Below are positions 10,827 to 24,367 of a stretch of 64,000 bases of DNA, in pieces. The notes under the pieces are model-generated. The model saw only the letters and a program-made list of their open reading frames with translations, was not told the origin of the DNA and ran no database searches. Location of the stretch: assembly GCF_000150275.1 (NCBI RefSeq), contig NW_002060951.1, positions 1,994,297 through 2,058,296 of the forward strand, given 5' to 3'. Position 1 is the stretch's first letter. Every line of letters starts with the position of its first letter. A program made the position numbers and the translations under genes. Source of the stretch: Trichoplax adhaerens. Taxonomy: Eukaryota; Animalia; Placozoa.

Positions 10827-13800
10827 ATGTCATCTTTAACCAGAAGATTATCCGAAAGCCTGGGTATTGGCTACGATAGTGCTGAAAGATTCGACCGTGA
10901 ACATGTAAATACGCGTAGCACTAGTGTACTTTAATTCCACTAGCATTGAATGCAAAAAACTCTCTCTCTACCTTCTTGCCATTGCTACTATAGTACACCT
11001 AATGCAACAAAAGTAGAATATTGCCTGTTAGTGATCGCTTGGCAAAATAAAAATACAACTATTTTATTTTGTTATTGTACTGCAATGAAATCCAACTGAT
11101 TCCTTAATCCATAATTAACATTCACCTACTATTATTTAAGTGCTACTGTCGTAATTAAGTCGAAAAATTCATTCTGTACTTGACATTGCATCTTTCGTCT
11201 TCAACAAGGTTAACGCATGCTGTACGTACTGTAACAACATTAAGCCACGAGCTAGGTTCTAACTTTTCAATAAACCATGAAAGTTGAAATGGAAGTTAGA
11301 CAGATACAGCATTCAACATGATTTCTTTTATAGATTGACTGCAGAGATAGACTGACACAATTGTAGAAATTATGTAAAGCAATTCTCCGTATACGTATCA
11401 TAACCTTGATGGAAAGAAAAAAATAAACAGGGACATGAATATCTTACATAGACACTGCTAGCGATAGTCGTACGTACTCGTATAGTGCAGATTTAAGAAA
11501 AATAATGATACTAATTTATAAGAATTACACTGGAGACATTTTATTGCGATATTCATGACGGTGAAGTCTAACCTAGTAACAAATGACAATTTCTTTATGG
11601 TATGGTCTTGATATTTTGCAACAAACACATTCTGCTTTCACTGTAAAATCTCGTTTACTCAAGACACAAGGATGATTTATCGTAAAACGTAAAAGGGATA
11701 CTGCCTTTCATTGCTACCGTAGGCTAGCAGTTCATTATACGCGTATGCGGTGCTGTACGATATACATGAGTGTACAACTACAAATACATCTTGCATAATA
11801 TTCTTTTCCTTTCCTATTTTCCCTGTGATCCTACATTGACGTAGAAGCCGCCTTCTGTACATGATTAAATTTGACTTCGAATTAAATTGAAATCAAATAC
11901 GAAAATCGGATGAATTGTAATACGATAGTATCGGGCCGAGTCTTCAGGAATCGAGAGGAAAAATTAAACTCGCTTGCCTTACTAAAAAATTTATCTCCCA
12001 CAGTATTTCCAATACTTGACCATATTGCCCGGTGGCAATGCACAGTAGTTTCGTTATACGCCTTTTAGACGTTAGCTTGTTTTTGATTGATTGCCAATAC
12101 TTTATGAATGCAGTTAACTTTATCATTTTGCATCAATAAAAATCGATGTTATTTGTCAATTCTATCGAAACAGTTTTAAAAATTATTTGAGTAAATATTG
12201 AATGCACTTATAAAAATAGATTCTCTTGATTGGTATCGATTGTATCATACATAGCATGATATAGATGCAAGAAAGTTTTATTCTTATCCTAAAATGTTGT
12301 AGTGATCGTTTTAATCTACTCTAATGTAACCTTTGTAGGGCAAAGATATACGAATGATTAGACTATTTGTTATTTATTATTATTACATGTTACTGAGAGC
12401 ATTCACGTATCATGATAACTACTATTTGAATATTTTCTTAATTAGTAAGATACTTTTCTATAAATTGTTCTCGTGTGACTACTGTTCATTTTGGATGGAA
12501 TCAATCAAAGAAAATATGTGGTTACCGACGAAAATCGCCTTATATTGACAGATCCGAATCAAATATTCACTTTACTCATACATTAAGGACGAGAATTCAA
12601 AGTGGGGGTGGATTTGCATTATTGTTCTGAACAGGTCTTATAAATGGAATCTTTTATTCTTTTTGAGCCCCATCCTGCGATTTTATATTTTACTTGAATT
12701 TAATGATATGCATCATCACTTTTTAATGATGATATACAGTAGTAATTTCTCCAGTATATTTAATCATCACTAGTAAATCTCTAAAGCACTCCCATGAGGA
12801 TTAATTCTATACGTTGATTAGAAGGCCAGATTGGTTAATTATAATTATCAATATTTGAAGTTTTATATGTAATGTACTACTTCTAATAGTATTGATAATT
12901 AGAATTGATTCTACTAGAGCTATTTTGCATTTCATGTATTTAAAGGTGATTGGTAAATAGGCGTTAAATAGTAGCCTAAGCAAGATTAGTTCTATTTCTA
13001 TATTATTCATAAAACATCTTGATTAATTATCACTGCTAAGGTGGATAGGTATGAAATGATATCGATCATCATCCCTTCATAATATAATTAATTAAGCAGT
13101 TTTGCAATCTGGTGATTACGCGTATATTATCCGTTGTAAATCTACAAAAATATATTATCGTACTAAGGATAAGATCTTTCTGAATTGTCCCTAAGCCATC
13201 CTAATTGTCATTAGAAGTTTTGGATGCATGAAAACAGTGATAATGGCTAGGATAGCTTGCACCAGCATGCCTCATTGATTATCGTTTAAACAGTTTCTTA
13301 ATCTTATTTAATAGCAAATGACGCTGACCTTTACATTTTTTAATGCGACATCCTCTATAATGGATTAAATTATCAGATAACATGTAAAGTTTAAATGATT
13401 GGCTATGTGGTATTAATGTGACAAGGGTTATAACTTGAATTATGTCGACGTATTATGGCTCTAATATCAAATCATGCATATTTTTATTGACATGAACTTG
13501 CAAACCCACATAAATTTTAACTAATGGTAACTACAGTGTATAATTCAACAATAGAATCATATACGATGTGCATAATTACATACTATGTCTTGCTATTAAA
13601 AATTCCAATGGTGGATAGCAATTATAGGAACATACCGTTAAAACAAACTTCGAAAAGGTTCAGCTAAAACGGATATAATTACGTATCAATTACGTTGTGT
13701 ATATGCGATCTTCACTAACGGTCTCTACAACATCACTCCTTTCAATTTTTATAGCGGTAATAAATTCCAACATCTTAATTTCTAAGTAATCATATTATGT

Positions 13801-16800
13801 TCGTGTATAATACACACGTATACATCAAAAAAATTTTAATAGCTAATCAACAATATTTAGCCATGACTAAATCATTGTTAAGAGTAAAGCTAGGGTGAAA
13901 GACAGAGTTTCAATATTGATGTAATCTGGCGATAAATTAAATTTGCAGTATTAAACTAATAAAATGGTTATTTCATCGTGATAGTACTGTAGTTATAGGT
14001 GTAGAAATACATGACACACAATTCACTAAATTAAAATTTACCTCCGAACTAATAATAATCGGTGTTTTTAGCTTTTACTTTTTGCATTTATCTAATTGCA
14101 GTTATATTTCTCTAAGGTTATGTCACTGTATTACCTTCATTTTAGTATTAAATAAATATAAAATTTTCCATTGGTTTTATCTAACTTTTAGGCGGAACAT
14201 CTCGCGAAGGCTATCAGCCCGATCGATGGACCTATCAAGATTAAACATGTTCGATATATCCTCTTCAATTCTCCAAAAAATGAGTACAGTTCAGTACTTG
14301 ACTTCTAAAATGAGTAAATATATCATAGACGTGCGTACCATGTGATGCTCATTTATGTAGATCTATTAATTGCATGATTGAATAAGTACCCAGATATTAG
14401 GCTAAATTGTAGTTTATTTGTTATACTAATTATTAGTGGTAGTAAATTGCCTCCATCTTTCAGAGCTCATTACGACATAAGTCTTAGCTACCTTAACTTA
14501 TCGTAATTACCATCATTGGAACGTGGAAAAAGAAGGGATCTGTGAGTTTTTGGAATTCCTTAAATAAATTGCCTTTACATTCTCAAGAAATAATTTGTTG
14601 GAAGGGGTTGTGTATCATCCATAAAATATTTATTGAAGGCCATCCAAATGTAAGCATTTCGTAATTACTTTCTTTTCTATAACTTGACTATCATATAGCG
14701 TGGAATGTTTGAATGTATCCGTTTTAAAGCATAATAAAAGCCATTTCATATCACATAAATAGGTTATAATCGAATCTTATAACTATAAGAATCTTTTAAG
14801 TAGTCTTCTCTCTACGTGGGTAAGAAAATGAATATGTTTTCGCTAGCTAAAGATCGATTGTTATTTATTTGCAAGAAATCACCCTTGTGTCTTATATTTC
14901 AGACTGCTAGATCTGAATCTTATCCGAAACTGATTATCTTGTACTTGAAATACTTGGATGAAAAGTTGGAATTTCACAAAAAGGTCCAATATCTTGTATA
15001 CTACACTGTAAAGAACTTTACGATATTTATTTTCATACTGTTGATATTGCCAACCTCACTCCCAATAGTATCAAGCTATTCCATCAAATTTTACCAGCCA
15101 ATCTAGTGGATCTATTATAGACTTACCGACAAAGGATATGAACGATACGTAAGTTCTCAATTTCCTCTCCTGTACGGTATTGATATCGTATTTAGTTCAC
15201 ATATAATTTTTGCATCGGCGCTAGAAAATCGATGGTTGACAGTGATATATTCATGTTGTGTGAATGTACACTTTATCTTGTTTAATAGTTATTTTGCTAT
15301 TTAATCGCTTGTGTATGTAACCCGTAATCTTTCATTTCATTACTTAGCTACCAATTGGTAGTAGACTTACTCGATTTGCAGGATCAGCTATTACGTCTTC
15401 AATATTATGGTATTTGATAAAGTAAAATTAATGGTTATCATTTCAATTATTATTCGTAAATACCGGTGTATCATCCATGTATCCCTACGTTTCCATAGTA
15501 TATATCTTAGCAACTTTTCGAATTTTTGTACAGTTTACGAAGCTGTTGGACTAAGTGGTTCTATGAATCCATCTGGACAATGTAAAGTTTTTTGTTTTAT
15601 TACCATCATCCACGTAAGGAATAGATTGGACTAGATAAATTTGTTTCTTAAACGTAATTTTGTATTATATCAAGTTCACTAGTTACACAATGCTCATCTA
15701 GCTGTGAGCTATTCTGGACGTTCTTTTGACCTATATTTTAATTCTAGGAATCATACAACATTTATGGACTCATAGTAAAAGCAATGTTTGAATTGCATAA
15801 ATGTAAGTTTTGCTTTATATTCCATAACGTATAGCGTATATGTTGTATATAATTAATGGCCTACGACTATCGTAATTACTAGATATTTTATTTTATAAGT
15901 TTATACAAAATAAGATAGTAACCATTCCTTTCATAATTTTTGTTAGATCTTGACCCTGAATTCCTAGCAGGCCATAGAACAAGATTTTCGAAGCAATTGG
16001 CAGTGTAAGGAAATTTTATATTATCGTTAACTATATATATGAATAAAGCCACGGAAGCATTTCATAATAATACTTATTCTGAATAGATTACGGACTTTTT
16101 ACAACAACGCCCATACTTTGACATACCTAAGGACTTTAACACCAATTCCTACTCTGCCTGAGGTTTTTATTACATAATTTTGACTGATTATTTTAAATCT
16201 TACTTTGTGATAATTCTTTACAATGGCCTAATTTTTACCGTTAATCATAGAATGAAATAGAATTTGTTCAAGGGGATGTTTCTAACGTTGTAATCACGTC
16301 TTATCGTGAAAGTCGAACAGATTTTTCGCATGATTCGCTACCTTCACCAGATGCTAGCCCTTCTCCAGATCTCATCAGCGATCTTGATGCTACTGATAGA
16401 TCCAGTGCCTCGCTTTCATCACCAATCAGTCCAGCTGTAAATTATTTCGTCTCTTTGAGTTATGCAACTATACACTTTAGCGATCTCTAATTGGGTTTAA
16501 AAAACTTGTATAGGCGACTATTGAGCATTCTTTTGCTGATATCCCTGAAACTGTTGACATGCAAAATGTGTCTTCACCAAGAGTCGACGACAGGTTAGAT
16601 CATCTCAACGATCTTCGCTAACGTGACAAATAATAACTTTCTCTTTTTATCAATTACTGATAGTAAGGATGAATTGATTAATCATTTACGCCAACGAATT
16701 GAAGAGCTACAAATTGAATTAGTAAAATGCAAGTCTGAGGTATTTCTTTTATATTAATGGATTAATAAACATAGTTTTGGTTTACATACAGTTGTCTATT

Positions 16801-19800
16801 GTAGAGAAGTTACTAATTTTTGTATTCAAATCTTTCAAGTTCGAATCCGAGAAGAGCCGAATGCATGAGCAAATCCTTGAGGTAACATGGCAGAAATAAT
16901 ATGAATACTTTGCAGATTTAAATATGATTACTAAATTTAGAAATATATTTATGTAGTACGAAGAAGAAATTCAGCAATTGAAGACAACTATCAAAGCGGT
17001 AAATTTTCCTTATATGACCGTTGATGATCACAATTAATTACAAAAAATCACCAGACATACTTATCTAAGTTAATGCTAGATCATTGAAACTGCTATTTTG
17101 TTACACTCGCATGTTCATGAATTTAGATCCAACAAGAATTGGCGGAATATCGAGCAATTGCAGAAGAGTCATGTCAAGTAAGGCATTGTACTTGGAAAGG
17201 AACGTACTCCAGATTTATTCATACTTCATTGCATTATTTACCTGTTAGGAAAATGTACAACTAAAGGCACATCTTGATACCTTAGCTATAGCTTCACCTC
17301 AAGTAGCAGGAGGGGAATGGGAAGGTTAAATCGTTTATAAGTTACTTAACATGCTTTTATCATAATATTTTACGATAGCGTGTCTATTTTAATTATTTCT
17401 TAAATAATAGCTAAATTCAATAAAATGAAGCAAATGTATCTTAAAGTCAGAGACGATCATGTTAATCTTCTTAGAAAGGTAATTCGTTTAGTTGATTTAT
17501 TGGTCACTTTGATAACTTGCAAAATATATCAATTTTGGTCACTTAGTGGCAATAATATTTCTATGTGTACCTATTACCTACACTGTTTTGATGTCATCTT
17601 AAATTGTTGATTACCGCAGCACGGCAACATAGAAAGTCAGCTAAAGGCCGCACTATTGGAAAATGGGGATATATTAGTGGAATTGGAATCGAAGACTGCT
17701 GACAATGACAACCTATCACAAGAACTTAGTGCGCTAGTGGTCAAGTTAGATTTGCTTAATAAGCAACATGAACAGGAACTACGACAAAAAAATAATAAGC
17801 TGCAAGATCAAACAAAACAATTAGAAAGCGTTCATGCGGAAATGGAGGCTCTTAAAGCTAGTACAGAAACAATTACAGTTAAAGCATCGGTGAATAAGTC
17901 CTTACATGTATTAACTAAATCAGTCTGTAAACTAGTTTTAAAATAATACATGGCATCATTTTTGACAGGCTCTGACTGACGCTGTCGATGAAAGATTATT
18001 ACAAAGTAGCAATGAAGAGAACGTACCAACAAGTGATTCGGACAAAAATGAATTTCAATTTTCGATGATAGGTAGTATTTCCGACGCTAGCGATTTTGCT
18101 CTTAATAGTATTTTTTGACAAAAACTAATATTCTTCCGATAATTGATAGATTGGTCACTGCAACAAGCAATTGCAATGATTTCATTATCATTAGATGGAA
18201 AAAATCCCTCAGCACTTCCTGTTGATGAATCTCTAGGTAATTATCATAAAATTTAACCTTGTGAACTTTCCGCAACAATTGGTAAGATCAGCAAATTCTT
18301 ACCTACTTTTGTTATTGTATACTATTTCAATCGGTCAGATTCCATGCTGTTTCTAGCGGAAAATTCTTCACAGAGAGCAACTATGCTTACTGTTGACTTG
18401 CGTGAATATTTTAAAAATAACTCTGGTAAGGATTATTAGGCTTTCTTTATTATGGGAGTTGTTTGCATACCTAAAGTAATTGATGTTAGGATTTTAGTTT
18501 GTTTATTATCTATTAAATTTGCCCACTATTCAAATCATAAAATCAAATAGATATTGAATCGATAGATACCTCTTTGCGCCACTTTACTTCTGTATTCGCC
18601 TTGATGATTTATACAAGTAAAATATCCTTCCATGGGGACGAAAATCAAAAAACTAATGGTAATATTCACAGATAAAATCTTTGTTAAGTTTGGTACAAAA
18701 CGTGAATAAATTTGCTTTCGTTAGTCTTTTCAGAAATCATTGAAAAGTGCGAGAATGCTGGATACAGTGTTCGAAAGTTTTTAGAAGACCTAAGAAGTAC
18801 AATCAAAGATGGTAATACGTTATAAAATCTTTAAAAAAATAGATAAATTTTTTATCTTATATCGAGTTACTTCGAGACCATAACAGTAATCGTAACATTA
18901 TTTCTCTCTAGATCCATCCATGCTAGAAGCGGTATCTGAAGATATAAAACATACCCTAGACGCCATAATAGATTTAGTAAAGGTGACAAAGCTTTTAAGA
19001 ATATTTTCTCCTAATTTTTAGATACGTAATTTTAAGTTATTTAATTTAGAAACAATGCGAATCTGCGAACGCCGTTGAAAAAGGTGATATTGTTGGAGAA
19101 GAAATGGCGTATACAACGGAGGTAAAAATTTTAGCTACAGCCTTTGGTATGTATTGCTGCGAAAATCAAATAACCGAATATAGTTGTAGGATTACATGCT
19201 TTATCTCATACTTATCCTTTTCCTATAAGGCAATTGATGTTGCAACGGCCAAAATTGAGGCTTTACTAAGACGCGCACGTGAGAATGAAACTGGGACTAA
19301 ACTAGAAGTGAATGAGAGGTAATGCTGTGCTTTGTAATAAATCTTGATTAAATTAATGAAATATGTTTTTATGTAAAACGTTTCGTGTCATTATTTGTTT
19401 CATAAACAGGATTTTAGATTCCTCAACGAAACTAATGAATGTAATCTTTAAAAAATTTCTTTAAATTTTCTTATTGCAGTTTACTAAATCCTATATAACG
19501 CATATGATACGATTTTAATAAAATTGTTACAGGCGATAAGATTACTTATTATTCGGGCTTCTATTCTGCAAAAAGAAATAGTAAGGATAAAGAAGGTAAT
19601 GCCAACTTTTAGTTGTACTGGAATTTCGGGATCTTAACAAACGAATACTATTTTTACTTGTAGGGAATCAGCAGTGGTAAAAAAGATTTTTATAAGCGTA
19701 ATAATCGGTGGACTGAAGGACTATTATCAGCGGCAAAGGCTGTTGGAGCAAGTGCTTCAAATTTTGTGTATGTCTTTGGATAATTCTATAGTTTAAAGAT

Positions 19801-20802
19801 AGGAAATTGCTCAATCTGTTAACTTCGTTTATTACACATATCCCATACATTACGGTTGTGCATGCCATTTTAGAGAGGTAGCCAATGAAATGATGGAAGG
19901 TACTTGTGGATTAGAGGAACTTGTTGTAGCTTCGCGTGAAATAAGCAGCAGTACTGTGCAGCTGGTAAGTAAAATAGTTAATAGTGGAAAACGTACAGTA
20001 TTGTGAAAGTAGACATTGCTAGCTACTAACTTTCGTATTATATAGGTTACGGCTTCCAGAGTTAAATCGAATCCTAGAAGTGAGAATTTGCTGCAATTAG
20101 AAAGTGCATCTAAACTAGGTTATATTAATTTGCTACTTTTACCAAATAATAGAACATGTGATACTATATCATGCCTTTAAAATTTCACAATATAGTCACT
20201 GCGTCAACTACCGAGGTTATAGCAGCAGCCAATGCTGGAAGAAAAGTTTTAGCTGAAGGTATATCTCCTTTTGTTATTAATTTGTAATTCGGAAGCTATC
20301 TATTCTATACTAAATCATGCTTGATCTGTATTTAAATGCAGACGATCAAAACTATGATTTTTCGAAGATATCATTAACCCAAGCCAAACGATTGGAGATG
20401 GAATCACAGGTATTAGCGCCTGAAAACATTTCAGGAGTGAATCTAAGTAGCGAGTCTTTTGGTAACAATAATTTATGTAAGAAAAACAACTTAAAAGTAA
20501 TAATGTGAATGTAGGTGCGTTTACTTCGTTTGGAATCTAATGTAACCAAAGAAAGAGGTTATCTAGGAAGAATCAGAAAGCATCATTACCATTTGGCCGG
20601 TGCGAGCGAAGGCTGGGAAGTAGTAAGTCTAAGCTGGTTATATACGTTCAAGCTGAATACATTTGCATCTGCTGTGCTATTTAGCTAACATGGTATTCAT
20701 ATTGGGAATTAGGATGAAGCGGAGGAAGCTAACGAAGCTTCAGAGAACCCAGACGAAGGAGACAAAGAGATAATTAATAAAGAAACGGATAATCCTGAAT
20801 GA
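10827..20802 (+). CDS. HIP1: Huntingtin-interacting protein 1 / HIP1R / Sla2 family (ANTH, coiled coil, I/LWEQ talin-like domain); about 37 exons, about 1036 aa
   Basis: Exon 1 (10827-10904) MSSLTRRLSESLGIGYDSAERFDREH. Exon 2 (14192-14255) AEHLAKAISPIDGPIKIKHVR. Exon 3 (14507-14649) IIGTWKKKGSVSFWNSLNKLPLHSQEIICWKGLCIIHKIFIEGHPN (ANTH). Later motifs: LAGHRTRF; HVNLLRK; LEVNERILD; FYKRNNRWTEGLLSAAKAVG; SREISSSTVQLVTASRVKS; DFSKISLTQAKRLEMESQVRLLRLE; RKHHYHLAG (I/LWEQ). Last exon 20713-20802 ends in TGA. My summed exon lengths (3111 nt) are in frame. Co-orthologue of HIP1 and HIP1R. Confidence 0.93.
14256..14506 (+). other. U12-type (minor spliceosome) intron 2 of HIP1, apparent AT-AA termini
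   Basis: 5' end ATATCCTCTT directly after CGA T; branch site CCTTAAC at 14491-14497. No in-frame GT-AG pair found. The frame is restored only by ending at ...TCGTAA| (14506). Confidence 0.8.
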
Positions 20803-21332
20803 ATACTGCGCGAAAATGTTGCATAGTTAATTAGTCTATTTGTAACGAACGTGTGTATCTGTTCTCCTGGAGTCGAATGTTGAGCAAGTAACGAGCAAAT
20901 AAACTTAGGAAGTGACCAAACTGTTTCTCCGCTAGCGTTTCACTATAAAAGTTTTGCACCCTCATTATTGCGTTTTTGACCGCACCTCGGCCATCTCTAC
21001 CTATATTTTCGATAGTAATATTGCAGATAATAACTATATAGAGCCATTTATCTTACCTACAATATCTATTAAAATTTATGTGTGGTAATATACCTTCGAT
21101 ACTTTATCGAAACAAATTTTCAGAAGTTTGTTAATTAAAGACTGCAATTTGTAGCGTACTAAATATACGTTTAGCACGACCGCTGAATGTTGCATTTATA
21201 TTATATCATTAACTTCATTGCACATTTGCTATATCTGTCGCATTACAGTGCAATATTTGAATGTGATATCGGTGATCAAAGAAATATTATAATTACGATA
21301 TAGCAATCCGAGAGGAAATAATTTCAAATTAT

Positions 21333-22487
21333 ATGGTCTTGGTAATTATTTTTTTTATTTCTGTATATGGTATTATATAAAATTTCAATCGTACTAAAAG
21401 TAATTATCTATCGAATAATCAACGAAATCTTTCTATCAAATAATTGGTTTAATTCGTTCATTGATTCTTATTTTAGTTATACGTTACCATGATTATTTAC
21501 GAATCAAAGTATAAAGATTTAAATTTAAACTTTTACGAAAATTATTCAATTAAATCACTTTTATTCTTTAGTTATAGTCAGTGTGTTAAATTGATAGCGC
21601 CACTTATGATTGATGAACTACCTATTGATTTTATTTTAAGGTAACAATGTCTATGAGTTATGATTTTGTAACTCTTATGAAATAAAATTAGGGATTTTAT
21701 TCGTGTTAAAAATATACAGAATAAGTAATGTTTCTTATAGAAAAATTGTTGCTTGTGGCTAAATTATAAATCTTCTAGGCGCCTTGTACGCATGCATATC
21801 GAGTTTATGGTAATTCATATTGAGCAGTAACAAGACTGTCTCGAATTCAGCGAGAAAAATACTGGTACTGTTAACATACTCAAAATTTTTACGAATAAAT
21901 TACCAACAATTCCGACATTTCAATATCATCCGATATTTTTGCTGATAGTCATATTCACACCAGTTTTGACAGTGCAATAATTCAGATTGCAACAAATGAT
22001 GAGCCGGACGATGTCGTGTGGCCAAGAACTATTGCTCGGCCTGCTAGGTAAAGTACATCCATTATACTCTTACTGTAATACCTTCGGCTTACCATCAAAC
22101 TTGCTATAAGATATTGCAATATTTTCGGTATGTTTACGTGCTTAATCACACTAATTTTTTTATTAGCTCGGTCTTTGCAATAGAAAAGAAAGTGCAAACT
22201 CGAGACTTGTCATATACACATAAGTATTTCGATTTTAATTAATTTTTCCCTAACAAAGTGCTTGTATGATTATAGCTGTTAATCTTTTTAAGGACAAAAT
22301 CATTCTTAGGAATGGGCGTAACACATACACTGTGCCGACTTGTACCGACAGTACCGCATTCTACGAGTACTGTACAGTATGTCGCGAACATACCGTACAT
22401 TGGTTATACAGTAGATCGATTTCTGAGGGCCAGTATACTGTCCTGTACGTGTGCTGTACGTTAATAAAACAGTTTAGTTGTTCGTGA
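21333..22487 (+). CDS. Candidate unannotated 7-exon orphan gene (about 143 aa) or spliced lncRNA
   Basis: Phase-compatible GT-AG chain 21333-21341, 21477-21508, 21578-21640, 21779-21809, 21986-22047, 22167-22223, 22310-22487 gives MVLLYVTMIIYESNQCVKLIAPLMIDELPIDFILRRLVRMHIEFMIATNDEPDDVVWPRTIARPASSVFAIEKKVQTRDLSYTHKNGRNTYTVPTC... AATAAA near 22463. No recognised homology. Confidence 0.3.
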
Positions 22488-22649
22488 TGTATCGAAATAG
22501 AATAGCTAAAATACCTGTACAGAAAACCTGCATTAGAAGGGTAATTACTATTAATATTGAACTAAGAAGTAAAGAGATTTGCTAAGTTGACGAGGTAAAA
22601 GCAGAGATACTTTGCGTTATCTTTCGTCATGTGACAGTGAATCGTGGGC

Positions 22650-23260
22650 GTACAGTACAGTACAGTATTATCGCGACTAGTTCAGCGCTCGCGGCAGTTT
22701 ATATACATTTTATATGTACAGTACTCGTATAACATGAACTACTGCAAGATAATCTTGCACTCCTTCAGGCTCCAACAGTTGTACAGTACTGTAGCTGCAC
22801 TACTGTAATTTACTTTTCGCGTACACATACTGTACATACAGTATACTGTGCAGCAGTTTGCCTTACTTGCTCCACACAACCATGTAAAAATTGAACGTAT
22901 CTGCGCATACTGTATGTTTCTGCACGAAGCGCAAAGCTCTTGAAATGTCTTTGTGAATGCTCGTATTTGGAGAGAAGAATGGAAGGCGAGCTACGGCATA
23001 CTACGGTACATTGTACTGTAGCGTGCATACAGTACAGTACAGTACAGTACGGTACTGTACAGTACAGTACTGTAGAATCGGAGTACAGTGTATTGTACTG
23101 TACTGTATTGTGGCAAGTGCCTACAGTACAGTACAGTACAGTACGGTACAGTACAGTGTGTACTGTACTGTGCAACTCAAATGTCTCCACTGTAACGTGT
23201 AAGCCGGAGTCGCAGTATTACCATGGGCTACGAAATGTACTGTACTGTATACAGTGTCCA
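22650..23260. repeat. (TACAG)n/(CTGTA)n pentanucleotide cloud, probable CaMKK promoter/5' UTR region
   Basis: Tracts tacagtacagtacagtac, tgtactgtactgta and tacagtacagtacagtacagtacggtacagtacag occur in alternating orientations. A donor AAG|GTACGT at 23350 could end a non-coding exon 1. Confidence 0.85.
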
Positions 23261-24367
23261 GCATAGTCCATGTTGCACCATCTTCTAAAATTTACACTAG
23301 GCGCAGCATGGACTAGAACGCATGCATGAGCCCCACAGTATCCTTAAAGGTACGTTCACAGAGACTAGTTGGAACCTTACTATATTTTATTTTCCACTTG
23401 ATCTGATCTTACTTAATTTTGATGTTCATAATTATAAGTGAACAACAACTGGATCGCTGGCCATGTAATCCTTAATCTTGGATAGTAATAGCTAGTTGAT
23501 GACAAGCAATAATTAATGAATAAAAAGCACTAAGTAAACGTAGCTATTCAAAGATTCCTCCTAACACCATCTCAATCGTGACTGACCCATTCCATTCCTA
23601 CGCTGTCGCAGTTTTCCCAAGGCATTATTAAATTTCCTTTATTTCGTTTCTAGCTGCTATCTCCAAAAGTTAGCGTATAGAGTTGCCGATTATTGATTTC
23701 GCCAATCTCATACCTAGCAGCCATTTTACCTTGATAAGCTTATCTGTATCAATTGGCGATCGGTGAGTGATGAATAAAGTAGGAGCAAAAGTAACAGGAA
23801 TACAATTGCTAACGGATTGATGGTTATAATTAATTAATATTAATGATACTTGTACGCGTATTACCAATGAAAGAAATTATTTCTAATGTTGAACAGATAG
23901 TACTAAGAGCTATTTCAAACAGTATCCACTGAATAATTAATAGTCTTTTACACTATATAATCCATCAATATTACCGAACCGATTAGTCAAACAAATATAA
24001 TTTTTGTTAAATACAGTACATTAACATTGATAATTATAATTGATTAGCTCGAGAAGTATCATCATAACAGCAATAATAATAACAATTTCAAAACTGTGCA
24101 TCCGTTTGAAATGGAATTTTTGCTGAATACGATTCATTGATTTGCTCAAGAAGTATCTATCATGACAACAATAACAACAACCACATCAAAACTGTTTTAT
24201 CCATCAAGGTTTTTGCTTTTCTACTTGCTAGTTGTTGTAATGGTAGATCAAGAATTGGTCAATAATTAGAATTAATTAATTGATGCTACTACTGACGATG
24301 GATGTTTATCGCTGTGTAATGGAAACATTCACTCTAGTTATCTATTCATATACCAAGTAATTAAATA

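Noticed and set aside
11677-12126. Two minus-strand ORFs in HIP1 intron 1
   Set aside because: Short, with no recognisable homology and no consistent splice chain.
15675-15703. Possible extra HIP1 exon (aag|...|gtgagc)
   Set aside because: Exons 15534-15613 and 15748-15802 already join colinearly with HIP1 homologues, and inclusion would add a stop or frameshift.
18622-18631. ATATCCTTCC, a U12 5' splice site-like motif in HIP1
   Set aside because: It lies inside an open exon (18551-18658) with normal GT-AG flanks, and no CCTTAAC branch site follows.
22810-23266. Three overlapping ORFs (126, 108, 81 aa) rich in YCTV/QYSTV
   Set aside because: They are translations of the stop-free TACAG/CTGTA repeat. 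The same applies to the 49636-49866 ORF.
23338-23347. GTATCCTTAA, a U12 GT-type donor-like motif
   Set aside because: No matching branch site or acceptor was identified, and a conventional AAG|GTACGT donor lies 12 nt downstream.
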